Shown: in pieces, positions 12,342 to 26,699 of the stretch
How positions within the stretch are numbered: position 1 is the stretch's first letter
Layout: each line of letters starts with the position of its first letter
Assembly: GCA_951406725.2 (NCBI GenBank)
Contig: OX597823.1
Coordinates: forward strand, 35,588,001-35,652,000
Length of the DNA: 64,000 nucleotides
Direction of reading: 5' to 3'
From: Octopus vulgaris
Lineage: Eukaryota
Position numbers and translations under genes: made by a program
Notes under the pieces: generated by a model
What the model was told of the DNA's origin: nothing
What the model saw: the letters and a program-made list of their open reading frames with translations, nothing else
Databases searched by the model: none

Positions 12342-12760
12342 TCTTTCAAGGCTACTGAAACTCGAAGCTGCAGACAGAAAGGATTCTAAAGCCTTTTATG
12401 ATGGCCTCAAGAAAGTCTATGTTCCTCAAGAGCGTGATGTTACTCCTATTTTTTCAGCGAATAGAAGGACACTCCTCACTGACAAATCTGACATCTTGAA
12501 ATGATGAGAAGAGCACTTTGAAGCGGTGTTGAACTACACCACAGTCACTAATGACGTCATAATGTTTGGTCCACAGCACACTGTAATACCGGAACTGTCG
12601 CTGGAGCCAACATTTCTGGAAGTGGTAAACTCTATTAAACATGTAAAGCACCTGTTAGGAATGCTATTCCCCCTGAAATTTACAAACAGGGTGGATATAA
12701 GCTTTTTAAGAAACTGCATGACCTCTTCAAAACCAAATGAAATGTAGGCCTTGTACCACA
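12340..12760 (+). mobile_element. RTE-clade LINE fragment
   Basis: Homologous to about 18830-19130 in opposite orientation (LNYT.VTND...PQ.TVIPE.SLE.TFLEVV). Confidence 0.8.
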
Positions 12761-14459
12761 GTTGAGAAGGGACCTCTGCTTTCTTTTGCGTCGACTTTTT
12801 TATCTTCTAGCATTCGGAGCGGACGTGACCCTTCTCACCGCATTTAAAACATCTGGACTTTATTTTACCCCAAATGGGAGCGAGACATTTTCAATTAATT
12901 CGGTTTTCATTGCCATAATGCGTTTCTCCTTTTTTTTTTGTAAGTTATATAAACAACCGTTCTCACTGCAAGATTTTGGATTATATCTTTAGGTGGAATA
13001 AGCCTTGTTTAGTTTCCGGTTCGTGTATTAAATTTCTGTATTTAAACAGGTGTTCTTTCGAAACTACTAAATCAACGAATCGACCGCCAACGGCAGCAGA
13101 AAAAAACTGTTAGCCCATTTTTCGACTTTATATCTTTCAGGGTTAACCTGTTCAGAACAATTATTTTCTTCCTCCAAAAGCGGGAAGTCAACATTGCACA
13201 GGAAAAATTATTTTTCCATCACGGAAAAAGAGTCCACAAAAATTAAGTTTTTCTTTATCAGAAAAGCAGTTCACAAATTCTCCTTACAAAAGGAGCACAA
13301 AAATAATTTTTCCGCCCCGTAAATCAGCAATAGAAAAACAGCAAAAACTCACTAAATCGCAGAAGAATAACAGACGCAAAGTATAATCACCTCTTGTCGG
13401 AGTAGCATGGCCTGCTTTTCTCTTTATTATAGGCACAAGGCCTGCATAAAGAGGGGACATACAAAGACATGCAAGGACATAAAAACGAATGGAAAATAAT
13501 AATGAAATGAATATAATTATGATGCAAATGAGACGGCCATCTCGCCCCCGCTGCGAGACGAACCATGAATACCTTTACAATTCCTTTTTTTTTCAACAAA
13601 AATAACATTTTAAATACTTGTTTCTACCATTAAACTTTACAATTATCTTTACAATAACACTTTACAAACACACTTTATGATTAAACTTTACAATTAACTT
13701 TACAAATAACTTTACAATTAATCTTAAACCCACCTCTAGTTTCGCTGCGATGCGAAACCGTGACCTTTCCTTTCTTTTCCTGCCTTTAAATCAAACGTTC
13801 ATTTGTGTCCTTTTTTACAACAAAAATAACATTCTAAATACTTGTTTGTTCATCAATTCATTATTTCTTCTTTTTGTTTACAATAATTTACAATGTTCAT
13901 GTTATTTCTTTTAATTGTAGTTCTTTCCACAATTTTATAGACTTACCTTTCTTTAACCTATCTCACTCTGTTTTACTTCTTGTTTTTGTTTTCCTCGAAA
14001 TTTCTTTCTTTTTCATTTCCATGCTCTTCCAATACATGTCTCCGCTGTGGTCCTTTCATTTGTATGCTTTCGCACTCTTGCTTGTCTGTGCATTCATCCG
14101 ACTGCACTTTCTTATCCTCTTTCTGTGTGTTTTTCTCATGAGAGTCTAGGCATTTTCATTCAACCTCCTCGTCGCTTTGTAATTCCACTTCTGTTTCTGG
14201 TATCTCTGTTGATGGTTTCTCAACATATTCTGTTGTTTGTTGCATTTCCTCCTCCATTCCTTTACTCCCCTTTATCTCTGCTGTTGTTGGAGACTTCTTT
14301 CTTTCTCTTTTCCTGCTTTTTGTCTCTACCTGTTTTTCGTTGTGTCATAAAAGCTACATCTGCGTATCTTAATAACTCCTCCAGGCATTTTTTCATTTTA
14401 TGTCCAACAAGACATATCGTATGTATATATTTATATATATATATATATATATATACAAA

Positions 14460-14657
14460 ATGTGATCTCGTGTGTACCGTTGGCGATTTCTTTTCCTCTG
14501 TCTTCCCTTCTCTGGATCTTTCCTTCTCCTATGTTTCGGACGAAGAGCTCCGCTCGAAAAGTTAAACCCTCCTTCTTTCCTTCTTTCCTGAGCGTCCAAT
14601 AATACTATATTTGTTCCACGTTGTTGTGTTTTTTGTGCTTTCTTGTTTGGATTAACT
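14460..14657 (+). mobile_element. Second copy of the short PLE-type repeat; hammerhead mutated (14533-14567)
   Basis: GTTT-CGGACGA-A-GAGCtccGCTC-GAAAA-GTT-AAAC; (TA)n on both sides. Confidence 0.7.
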
Positions 14658-14684
14658 TTATATATATATATATATATATATATA

Positions 14685-15338
<654 letters not shown>

Positions 15339-15798
15339 ATGTATGTATGTATGTATATTGTTAATATATATATATATATAGATAGATAGATATAAACAAA
15401 CTGATTTGACTTCATAACGTGTTACTAACATACATACACACTTAAAATGCGTACACACCTAAGCAATAGGGATCTATAAAAGCACACACTCATGCATAAA
15501 CGATGACATCCATACTTGTATTCAATATCCTTATGCCGACATACACACACATATATGTACACATAAATTAACTTAGGAAGTAAACATACGTATATACACA
15601 TGCGATCACATATATAAACACACGAACATACACTCACACATAAACCAAACTGGACTATGGACATACATGTTTTGAGAAAGAAACTTTTATTTTATTTCAT
15701 TTTATTATTTTTATTATCAATATATTTTATTATTTTCATTATCTATATTTTTATCATCTTATATACTTTAATTCATTATTATTATTATTATTATTATT

Positions 15799-15836
<38 letters not shown>

Positions 15837-16772
15837 ACTTAGATAAAACTATTAACGCATGCACTCACACACAATAACCACGCTTTCAACTGCTTAGTCT
15901 GTTGGAGTGTTTCAACTAATCAAAATGTAACTCTATAATGTCCATTTTGCCCTGAATATCTTACGCCCAGGATACTCAAAATGTAAACTTATATTATATA
16001 TGTTTTGTAATTTAAATTGGGTGCGAAGTGAAACAATTGTAGGCAATCTATTATAATAATGAGTTTGTTTGTAAGTTTGTCCAAAATCACGCAATAAGTG
16101 AGTAACAAAGTAAGACTAAAAAAAGAAAAGAGAAAAAACGGTAATAACAATGAGAGAGGGAGTGGTATCAAACAGTGCCTCTCACTCTCTCTCTCTCAAC
16201 AGAAGCCTTTTCACTTTATTGATGAACACTGCCTCCCACCTCTCTCTCTCTCTCTCTCTTTGTTTCTCTATCTATCCATCTATCTATCTAGCTACAGACG
16301 CACGCACGCATTCTCTCTACTCTCCCTTTTTTCACCCATTCTCTCTCTATTTCTCTCTCTCTCTCTCTCAACAACCACAACATTTTCATTTTTATTCGCT
16401 GAATGCTGAGTTTTTTTCTGGTAAACATTAATAACAATATATAAGGTAAGTAAATAAGAGTTTGCGCCTCAAAATTAATTTTCCTTGTATCTCTATGGAT
16501 GTTTGACTGTTCTGGAAGATTTTTCTGCTTAAAACGTTGTAAGGTCAATAGGATATAAGATACATAAGCAGTAAAATTAAAATATTTTCTATTGAATGAA
16601 AACTTGATAATATTGTCTGTTTAAAGAAAGCTAAATTAAAATGTAAGGTTTTAAATATTTACAAATACTTGCCGATACAGTTATGTTTGTAAATACTTAT
16701 GAATGATGAATTTTGCCAAGGCAGTGAAGTTTCTCTTCAAGATCTTTTTCCGTTTCAGGCGGTAAAGACAGT

Positions 16773-16803
<31 letters not shown>

Positions 16804-16820
16804 TGAGAGAGAGAGAGAGT

Positions 16821-16860
<40 letters not shown>

Positions 16861-16992
16861 GATAGAGAACGCGTAGACGTTGCTGGAAAAAATAAATCTC
16901 TGTGTGTATGCCGTTAATGTAATCCTGTGTAATTTTGACCTTTGGTTACGTATAAAAATATAAACAAGCTAACGTACACGCACACGCACACA

Positions 16993-17040
<48 letters not shown>

Positions 17041-17159
17041 TATACTCATTTGTTTTGAAGTTTGTGTTCCATTGTATTAAATATACTCTTCCACCTGCTA
17101 TGGAGATTGAATCAGACAGAAGGCGACGGTTAGCCAGATAGAGAGAAAGAGACACAAAG

Positions 17160-17560
17160 GTGAAGAACAGCCAGTCTCACTCAGGAAGAACTGGATGCAA
17201 GAAGATTAAGCAATGCATTAAGGTTATTAAATCAATCACAAGAAGTGAGACAAGATGCAAGAAGTGAGATAAGACCCAAGAACACAGACTCTCAGACGTC
17301 AAAACAAAAAGGAGCATCTAATTGCACAAAGGAGAGATATCCAAAGAGAGAGAGAGAGAGAGAGAGAGCAGCACAAAAGCACCAAGAGGAAACAGAAGAG
17401 CAAGCAGCAGTGACGAGAGAATATTTGAGAATGAGGGCATCGCAAAGGTGACAAGATGAAACGAGAGAGAAAGCAGTAGAGAGGAGAGTAATCACAAGAG
17501 AGAGAACATCGAGGAGAAGAATGGAAGATTTAATTAATACTGAAACGGACCATCGAAAAC
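17160..17560 (+). pseudogene. Degenerate charged peptide repeats resembling STPR repeats (possible Helitron RepHel N-terminus)
   Basis: LTQEELDARRL.., HQEETEEQAAVTREYLRMRASQR*QDETREKAVERR..; interrupted by stops and a GA microsatellite. Confidence 0.3.
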
Positions 17561-17751
17561 AAGCAGAACTCGTTGCTGGTAGGGTTTTCACCAGAAATGT
17601 GGTGCTGAAGCAATTACTGAGATAAAGGTTGTAATGTTTATATTTTAATTTTATTTTCATGTCCATTTTCATGTCCTCAGTTCTGACGGCACGGGAACAC
17701 TAGTGTTAAATAATTAATAAATTATCTTATATCCATTAAAGATATCTAGTT

Positions 17752-19135
17752 GGTTAATGTGTCATGTATAGGTATCCACGATTCTGAGTAAGATTGACTG
17801 CTTTATAGACCAGTACTTTGTTGTCAAGTTTGATGTCGCTTTTATTCCATCGACGATGGAGTTTGCCAAATGCGTTGGTTGCCTTTGTAAGACGGTTAAC
17901 GATTTCATCATCAAGGGTAGCGCTCAAATTCACTTTACTACCAAGTTATTTAAATGATTTCACATAACTTAGGTCTTTCCCATGAACCTGTATAGAAGTG
18001 TCAAGAAAATTGTGAACTGGTGGTCTCTGCTTGACACTTCGGATTTGTTTAGGAATAGGGCAAGTTTGGCAGATTACTTCTGTCTTCTTTATGCTAATGG
18101 TCAAACCAAAGGCTTTACATGCAACAGAAAACCAATCTAAACGTTCCTGAGCTTCCTCTAAAGAGGTTGCTACTAGTGCAGCATCATCTGAAAAAAGTAG
18201 ATCACGAATGATACTGGTGAGTAACAGTGTTCTGGCTTTGAAACGCTGATTATTGAACAGTCCCCCACTTGTTCGAAACTGAAATTTGACACCACTTTGT
18301 ATGTCGCCAAAAGCATACCTCAGCTTCACTGAAAAGAAGAGTACAAACAAAACAGGAACCACAACACAACCTTGCTTTATTCCGTTTGTAACATCAAAGG
18401 ATGCCGAAAATTTCCCATCAGACACGATAGCAGCCTTCATTCACTCATGAAAGGAGATGATAACATTCAACATCCTGTCAAGTATGCCAAGCTTTTTCAG
18501 AACTTTCTATAGTGCTTGCTGGTTAACAGTGTCGAAGGCCTTAGTAAGGTCAACGAATATCAAGAACAACTCTTGATTTTTCTCACGTACCTTCTCCGTG
18601 ACCTGTCGGAGGGAAAAGATCATATCGATAGTGCCCCGACTAGAGGGAGACCCGCACTGGGATTCTGGATAGATATTATTTACAACGTGTTTGATGACCC
18701 TGTCAAGAATGAGTCGAGCAAGAATCTTACTAGCAATAGACAGAAGCGATATTCCACAATGATTATCGCAGACAATTCTGTTACCTTTCTTCTTATATGG
18801 ATGTTGACGGCCTACCTTCCAGACGTTTATGAAGAGGTCATGCAGTTTCGTAAAAAGCTTCTGTCCACCATGTTTGTAAATTTCAGGCGGGATAGCATCC
18901 CTATCAGGCGCTTTACCTGAAGAGATCTGTTTAATGGAGATTACCACTTCCAAAAATGTTGACTCCAGAGACCGTTCCGGTATTACAGTGCGCTGTGGAA
19001 CAGACATTATGACGTCGTCATTAGTGACTGATGTGTAGTTCAACACGGTTTCAAAGTGATCTTTCCATCGTTTCAGGATGTCAGATTTGTCAGTCAGGAG
19101 TGTCTCTCTATTGTATGAGTAAATAGAACACCGTG
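17752..19135 (-). mobile_element. RTE-clade LINE reverse transcriptase fragment (pseudogene)
   Basis: GISLLSIASKILAR, ESQCG, RGTIDMIFSLRQ, FVDLTKAFDTV, GIKQGCV, LLFSDDAAL, FGLTISIKKTEV; stops and frameshifts. Confidence 0.93.
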
Positions 19136-19802
<667 letters not shown>

Positions 19803-20646
19803 ATATATATATATATATATATATAGCACAAATAAAAGTTACAAAATCCTATGAAAGTACTGCTTAGTTACCTATACAAAGAATATTGAACATTACAGTT
19901 AATACTCAACTGCCAGGTAGCTATATAATGCGTGGTTTATATATATATATATTATATAAGATGAGAAAATAGAAAGGTATTGAATTATTATTCATCAATT
20001 AAAAAATTGATAAACATCCCTTACAGCTGCTACATTTCCAGACCTTCAGAAAATTCATTAATTAAAAATTATTTAAAAGTTGAATCTCTTCAGAGGTAGT
20101 TAAAGATATACAAAATAAATGTGAAATTCCTGCATGTTGAGTAAACGGCTACAAACCGTTAACTGATAAAATTTACACATAAAGAACATACTTTAGGAGA
20201 GGAGTAAGATTGTATATACTGGAGTTGTAAAGTAAGAATATAATATTTTCATCTAGAGTATTAAGTATAAGAAAACTCAAGTAGATATAATTGGTAAAAA
20301 TATCATATTGTGATATTATGTCTATCCTTATTAAATCAATAGAAAATTAGCAAGTGGAGTTTGATTCAAGTATGCATAGTTATTATTAATATTTAATTAA
20401 AGTGGAGGACATTCCAGGCAATATATTTCTTATTGTAAATATCGAAAGGTTTCAAAGACTAATAAGGATATTAACTTAATGTTAGAGTACATAAAAATTA
20501 TAAAATGAATATAAAAACAAGAATAAGGTAAAATAAATAAATAAAAATAGATAGAGTAAAGAGTGAAAATAGATAGAGAGAGAAAAATAAATAAATAAAG
20601 ATTTATAAATTATTACCTTTCACTTCTTAAAAAATTATTATTGAGC

Positions 20647-20760
20647 AAGACTAATAACGATACAGAAGATTTGGACAAAATTCAAAGACTAATAAAGATA
20701 AAGAAGATTGGGACAAAATTCAAAGACTAATAAAGGTTAAGAAGATTTGGACAAAATTCA
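20647..20760. repeat. 3 x 38-bp tandem repeat
   Basis: Unit AAGACTAATAA(C/A)G(A/G)T..AGAAGATT(T/G)GGACAAAATTCA. Confidence 0.85.
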
Positions 20761-20982
20761 AAAATTTCAGATATGCAGCGTTCGCTGGTGAGATACCGGA
20801 TGTAAATATGTTAAGTGGCTCAGGTAGAAGATATAGTATTTAAGGTAAATAAATAAGAATTAAAGAGAATAAATATATGCTAATAAAAGTACTAATACGG
20901 GCTTAAATGTGGGTCAAAATAGACACAGTATTCTAGTTTAGATTTAGTAGTTGATAAAGAGATAAATGAATAAGAAATGTAT

Positions 20983-21026
<44 letters not shown>

Positions 21027-21372
21027 TGTACGTGTGTATGTATATATGTGTGCAAATATACAGACATATATATATATATAAATATTATATTCTTTTATTT
21101 GTTTCAGTCATTTGCCTATGGCTGTGCTGGAGCATCGACTTTAGTCGAACAAATCGACCACAGCACTTATTCTTTGTTAGCCTACTACTTATACTATCGG
21201 TCTCTTTTGTCGAACCGCTAACTTACGGGAACGTAAGTACATCAGCATCGGTTGTCAAGCGATGGTAGGGGGACAAACACAGACACACAAATATATAAAT
21301 ACATACATCCATATATACATACATATCTATATATATATACATATATATATATACATATACATACATATATAC

Positions 21373-21500
<128 letters not shown>

Positions 21501-21540
21501 GTATATGAAAGAATGGAGTTGAACGACTAGTTAACAAATA

Positions 21541-21637
21541 TCCTTTATTCTCGACATATGTTTCGAAGGCTGCATATTTCTAATTCCGATGGAATAAGGA
21601 GTACATTATGCAGATTTCTCATCAGGAAAATCAAGGA
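21541..21637 (-). ncRNA. Type I hammerhead ribozyme in pLTR (minus copy)
   Basis: Reverse complement of 22520-22616 with two substitutions, both outside the core. Confidence 0.8.
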
Positions 21638-22519
21638 ACTTATGTCGACATCAAAATGCACAAAAAACTTTTAGCTGACCGCTCTCAAGGAGCCCATGGC
21701 GATAATGAGTGTCTCTTTATAATGAGTGACGTCAGAGTGGCTGAATGTAGAAGGATCTAGAAGTTTCTAAAGGTTCAAGAGTTCAAACGAAGTAGGAGGA
21801 GGGAGGCATAAGAATAGTAAGGTGAGAGAGTGCAGGTCAAAAGAATGGTGGGTTTAAATGATTTCTTTTGTGAATGAGTTCCTGTCTGTGTGACTGTATA
21901 TAACTGTCTTAATGTGTGTATGTGTGTGTCTGAATGCGTGATTGTGTTTGTGGATGGGTAGATGTTAGAAAACTGACATCTGTGAGGTGAAAGGTTTATG
22001 TCTGTGTGTTCGATTATGTTTACTGTAGTGAAAGGAAAGTAGATAGCGAAAGGGAGAAAGAATCGGGCGAGGTGAGAGGCAACGCAAGGATGGATAGTAG
22101 TAATTGGGAATATAAGAAAATCTTTTTGAATATTGGGGTGAAATATAGCAAAAATATTTTTGGAAATCGAGGGGTTATCTATATTAGTCACTATTTGTAT
22201 GAGTGAAAGGTGTGTCTTTTCCAGTGTAAACACCTGTATGATCTTTCGACGATTGTGTTTATTAAAGGGCCTTTGGCGAACAAAATATGAAAAAGTTCGG
22301 AATTACAGATGCCACAAAATTTTCTGCCTTTATCAAACGGGAATTTTGTGGCATCTGTAATTCCGAACTTTTTCATATTTTGTTCGCCAAAGGCCCTTTA
22401 ATAAACACAATCGTCGAAAGATCCTACAGGTGTTAGATAAAGAGACACTCATTATCGCCATGGGCTCCTTGAGAGCGGTCAGCTAAAAGTTTTTTGTGCA
22501 TTTTGATGTCGACATAAGT

Positions 22520-22616
22520 TCCTTGATTTTCCTGATGAGAAATCTGCATAATGTACTCCTTATTCCTTCGGAATTAGAAATATGCAGCTTTCGAAACATA
22601 TGTCGAGAATAAAGGA
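22520..22616 (+). ncRNA. Type I hammerhead ribozyme in pLTR (plus copy)
   Basis: UCCUUGAUUUUC, CUGAUGA, stem II GAAAUCUGCAUA..UAUGCAGCUUUC, GAAA, palindromic ACAUAUGU, C (22604), GAGAAUAAAGGA. Confidence 0.85.
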
Positions 22617-23004
22617 TATTTGTTAACTAGTCGTTCAACTCCATTCTTTCATATACTTATAATTTTAAAATAAACATACAAATTTCCGCACGAAGACACG
22701 TAGTCTATGCCCTAGGGACGTAGCTTCAACCGTGTTCTTTCTGATGTGAATTTGCTACCCAGGTATCGGTTATCTTTCGAATTATCCTTAATAAGATAAT
22801 TCATTCAATTACTCAAATATATATATATATATATTCGGCGGTTTTCTTTCAGTTTCCATCTACCAAATCCAAGGACAAGGCTTTGGTCGACCCGAGGGTA
22901 TAGTAGAAAACACTTGCTCAAGTAGCCACGCAGTGGGACTGACCTCGGAAACCATGTGGTTGGGAAGCAAGCTTCTTACTCCACCGTCACTCCTGCGCCT
23001 ATGG

Positions 23005-23039
23005 AAAAATATGGAACGCTTCACGAATTTGCTTGTCAT
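23005..23039 (-). pseudogene. U6: U6 snRNA 3'-terminal fragment fused to SINE head
   Basis: Minus strand ATGACAAGCAAATTCGTGAAGCGTTCCATATTTTT; 34 of 35 positions match the canonical U6 3' end. Confidence 0.9.
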
Positions 23040-23117
23040 ACACCAAATATATAAGTAGATATGCAAACATATATTTATGCATTTATATGTACATACAGAT
23101 GGATAGATGTATAAATA

Positions 23118-23161
<44 letters not shown>

Positions 23162-24753
23162 AATACATATAACTTATATATACACACGCACGCATGTATG
23201 CGCGCACACACACACACACTCATACACACACATATATATGTGCGTGTGTATTCTGCAGACGCTTCTCTGTGTTATAGTGAACGTGTCTGGATCGATATTG
23301 AGCTATATATTGTGCTCATAATTAAAGTCAGTAGAAATTGTGATCAAGTAATTTTACAAGCTAAAAGGAATTACTGTGACAAAATTGAAGCTGACAGTAA
23401 TCTTAAGTTTGTGATATTTCTGACATTATTTTGAGAAACACCATTTTGTTTATTAGAAACTTGACGTGTACTTCCAAGTAAAATCTTTTGTCTTCGTGAT
23501 CTGATGTAAGCGTATTGCATAGGCCAGTATATTTTATATCTCTTGAAAGTACAGACACTTACTCAAGAGCATAATTTATCACTGCAACAAATAAACTTAT
23601 TGTCGCAACACAGGCGAGTTTATTTCCACTCTCAGTTATGCAGACAGCAGAAAACAGTCAACGATGGATTATAGGTGCTGCACGTAAATGCGCGCAAGCA
23701 TGCACACATAGGCACATGCACACACGCATCCACATACTCAGGCACGCTCACATACATACCGGACCTATCTCACACACCCACACACCCACACACCCACACA
23801 CACATATATTATGTTTGAATGTATGTATATTTATATATCAAAACAAATAGGGGTTAATAAGAAATAGTACAGGCGAAATACGCCTTAAGCTCTCTGTAAC
23901 TGAAGATACACCAGGTGAACACAAACATTATATGATAGAGATTGTAGTCAAGGTAATCTGATATTAAGATCTCCAGTTAAATTTGTAAATCGATGGTTCC
24001 GTTACCTCTGGACACTCATCACGTATGAGATCATGACCAACTCATATTTAAATATATATTCGTGTTTACATTCCTTTTCCAGTCCCTTTTGTTTCAATAC
24101 GTTACTGAATCATAACTTGCCTCCAGCTTTTGTAATCTTTTACTTCCTTCTCTCATGTGTTTTCTTTCCCACTTACATTCTTGTCTTTCTCTCTTTCTCT
24201 TTTTTCTATCTTTTGAGTGTGTTTATATAACATATAATATAGTTTTATACTTTCGTTAATCCGTTCAATGGTTCTCCAAATTACTTCACCTTGCTTTCTT
24301 TTTAGTTTCTTTTTTCGTTTTTCCTTTTCGTGTTCTCTCAATTTCTTTCTCTTTCTTGTTTTTTAAAATCCTTATCTCTTTCTATTCTCTCTTCGTTTTC
24401 CTTGTGTATCTTTCACCGTGTCCCTTCTCTCTTTTTTTGTCATATTTTGTTTGTTTGTGTGCGAATTGAATTATTTCTCTCTCAAAGTACATATGACATG
24501 CCCCGCGATCAATCCAACTCTTGACATTCGTTCTCTATAATTTAATGCAATAAATTGTTACCTGATTATCTATTCTGGTTAAGTATCGAAATGCATTTGG
24601 ATCATCCAGTGCAGTGTTCCAAGCAATCACAATACTGGAACTTGTGTTCATCTTAATATCTTTGATATTTGCTCTGTACATCATAACTGGTAATACTGCT
24701 AAGTACAATAGTTGCTTGACCAACATAATGGAAGCAGACCGGACTATGATAGT

Positions 24754-26095
24754 CTACAGCAGACTGTAGATGGCACGTGGTCCAAGCCTTGGATGTATTT
24801 TGAAGGTGATGCCAACATCATTCGGGCAGTGCTGATGGAATATTTTCCACATCATACAGATAATGTAGCGTTCACGGCGTCGTTGGAGTGAATACAGTTT
24901 CAGCTTCTCTAGTCTACCCCAGTAGTCAAGGTCTGACATGCCATCTATCTTTTTTGTGATTGACCTTTGGGGAGCTTCAATTCTCATAATATTTTGTTTC
25001 GTGTAGGGAGACCACAGTGGACAGCAGTATTCAAGGTGGGGTCGGGCAAAAGTGGAGAACAGAAGGATAATAGTGTGGGAATCTCTCGACTGGAAGGTTC
25101 TGAGAATCCAGGAACACATTCTGCGGGCCATGTCAACTTTGCTGCTTATATGTGTAGCCCAGCTTATGTTGTTGTCCACTGTTACTCCCAAGTCTCTGAT
25201 GTTGTTGGACGCCATGAGAATTTCTCCAGAAGGAAGGGAGTATGGGATTTTCAGAGCGTCCTCCTTTCCAAAGTGGATCAGTTCGAATTTGTCTTCGTTT
25301 AGCAACATGTTGTTCTTTTCCGCCCATTGGACAACAGCCAGTAGGTCTGACTGAAGGCTTATTCGGTCATCCACGCCATTGATGACCTTCTGGAGCTTGG
25401 AATCATCAGCGAAGGTTCTGATGTTACTGTGTTTGATGGTGTCAGTAATATCATTTATGTAGATGATGAAGAGAAGTGGGCCCAACACAGTGCCTTGTGG
25501 GACACCACTGCTGACTTTGGCTGGGCTGGATTTGACTCCTTCGACTACAACATGTTGGGTTCTGTTAGACAGGAAGCACTTGATCCACTGCAACAGCCTT
25601 CCAGTGACACCAATATTGGACAGCTTTCTCAAAAGGATCTTATGATCAACCCTGTCAAAGGCCTTGCTGAAATCAAGGTAGATGACATCAGTGTTGGAAC
25701 CCTCTCCCAAGGCTCTCAAAATGTCATCAAAATGATGCAGTAGCTGCGTCAGGCAATCTCTTCCATTACGGAATCCATGCTGGTTGGAGTTCAGCATATT
25801 ATGACTCTCAAGGAAGTGAGTCATACGCGATCTCAGCACTCTCTCAAATACCTTAATGATATGAGAGGTGAATGAGATTGGACGGTAATTCACGGCAAGC
25901 GATTTGTTTCCTTTTTTGAAAACTGGGACAACAGACTGGGATAGGTCTTCTGGTATATATCCAGCATCCAGTGAGTTCCGCCACAGATTGGCTAGAGGGG
26001 GTGCAAGTTGATTTTGACACATCTTCAAGACACAAGCAGGGAACCTATCGGGACCTACTGCTGAATTATGCTTCATTTCCTTTATTGCTGCTATA
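24754..26095 (-). mobile_element. CR1-group LINE (Zenon-like) RT domain, open but truncated at both ends
   Basis: NYRPIS, NQHGFR, YLDFSKAFDRV, SGVPQGTVLGPLLF, FADDSK, RPHLEYCCPLWSP, LYSLQRRRERY. Confidence 0.93.
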
Positions 26096-26137
26096 TACAA
26101 ATCCGACGAACGGGAACGTGAAACTCTGAGTAATAGC
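26090..26137 (+). ncRNA. Hammerhead-like motif with U4>C change
   Basis: CCGACGA-ACGggaaCGT-GAAAC-TCTGA-GTA-ATAGC; GCTAT upstream could pair with ATAGC. Confidence 0.4.
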
Positions 26138-26168
26138 TTTTGTCATATTTCTGCTACTTTTAAATAAA

Positions 26169-26217
<49 letters not shown>

Positions 26218-26699
26218 CATGACCGTGACCTACCAGGCTATCAGATGTTGCTACGCATCACTGGTCACAATGCGCTTCGCATTGTTTTAGCCTTCAAATG
26301 ACGCCACCCCGCTGGCTAAGCGAGCAGGCCAATATATATATATATTATTTCTAAATCTCTGAGAGATTTATACAGTAGCAGCACGATAAAGTGATGGTAT
26401 GTTGCCAACTTAAGGTGGTAGTCCCATGAAAGGGAAGAATGCTACTGCTATTTAGTCCTAGGAAACACTGTTTCCAGTTGGCCATGACAAATTTTTCCTT
26501 AAGTTTTCAAAGGGGAGACTAGTTTCAGAGTCATTACTCATCATCAGTCCGGAGTAGCATGTAATATTTCTATTTTTGAAATCAGTGAATGTATTTCACT
26601 TGAAATCTATGTTTTCAAAGGTGAATAAGCATGATTAATATTAAGCATGATACTCAAATGATACAAAATTCTGCAGAAAATGAAATAATTTCAACCACA

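Noticed and set aside
12762-13800. Possible distinct mobile element with short TTTACAA repeats
   Set aside because: No termini or protein motifs recognisable by eye
24540-24770. Hydrophobic reading frame suggesting a host membrane-protein exon
   Set aside because: Short, no supported splice sites or family match
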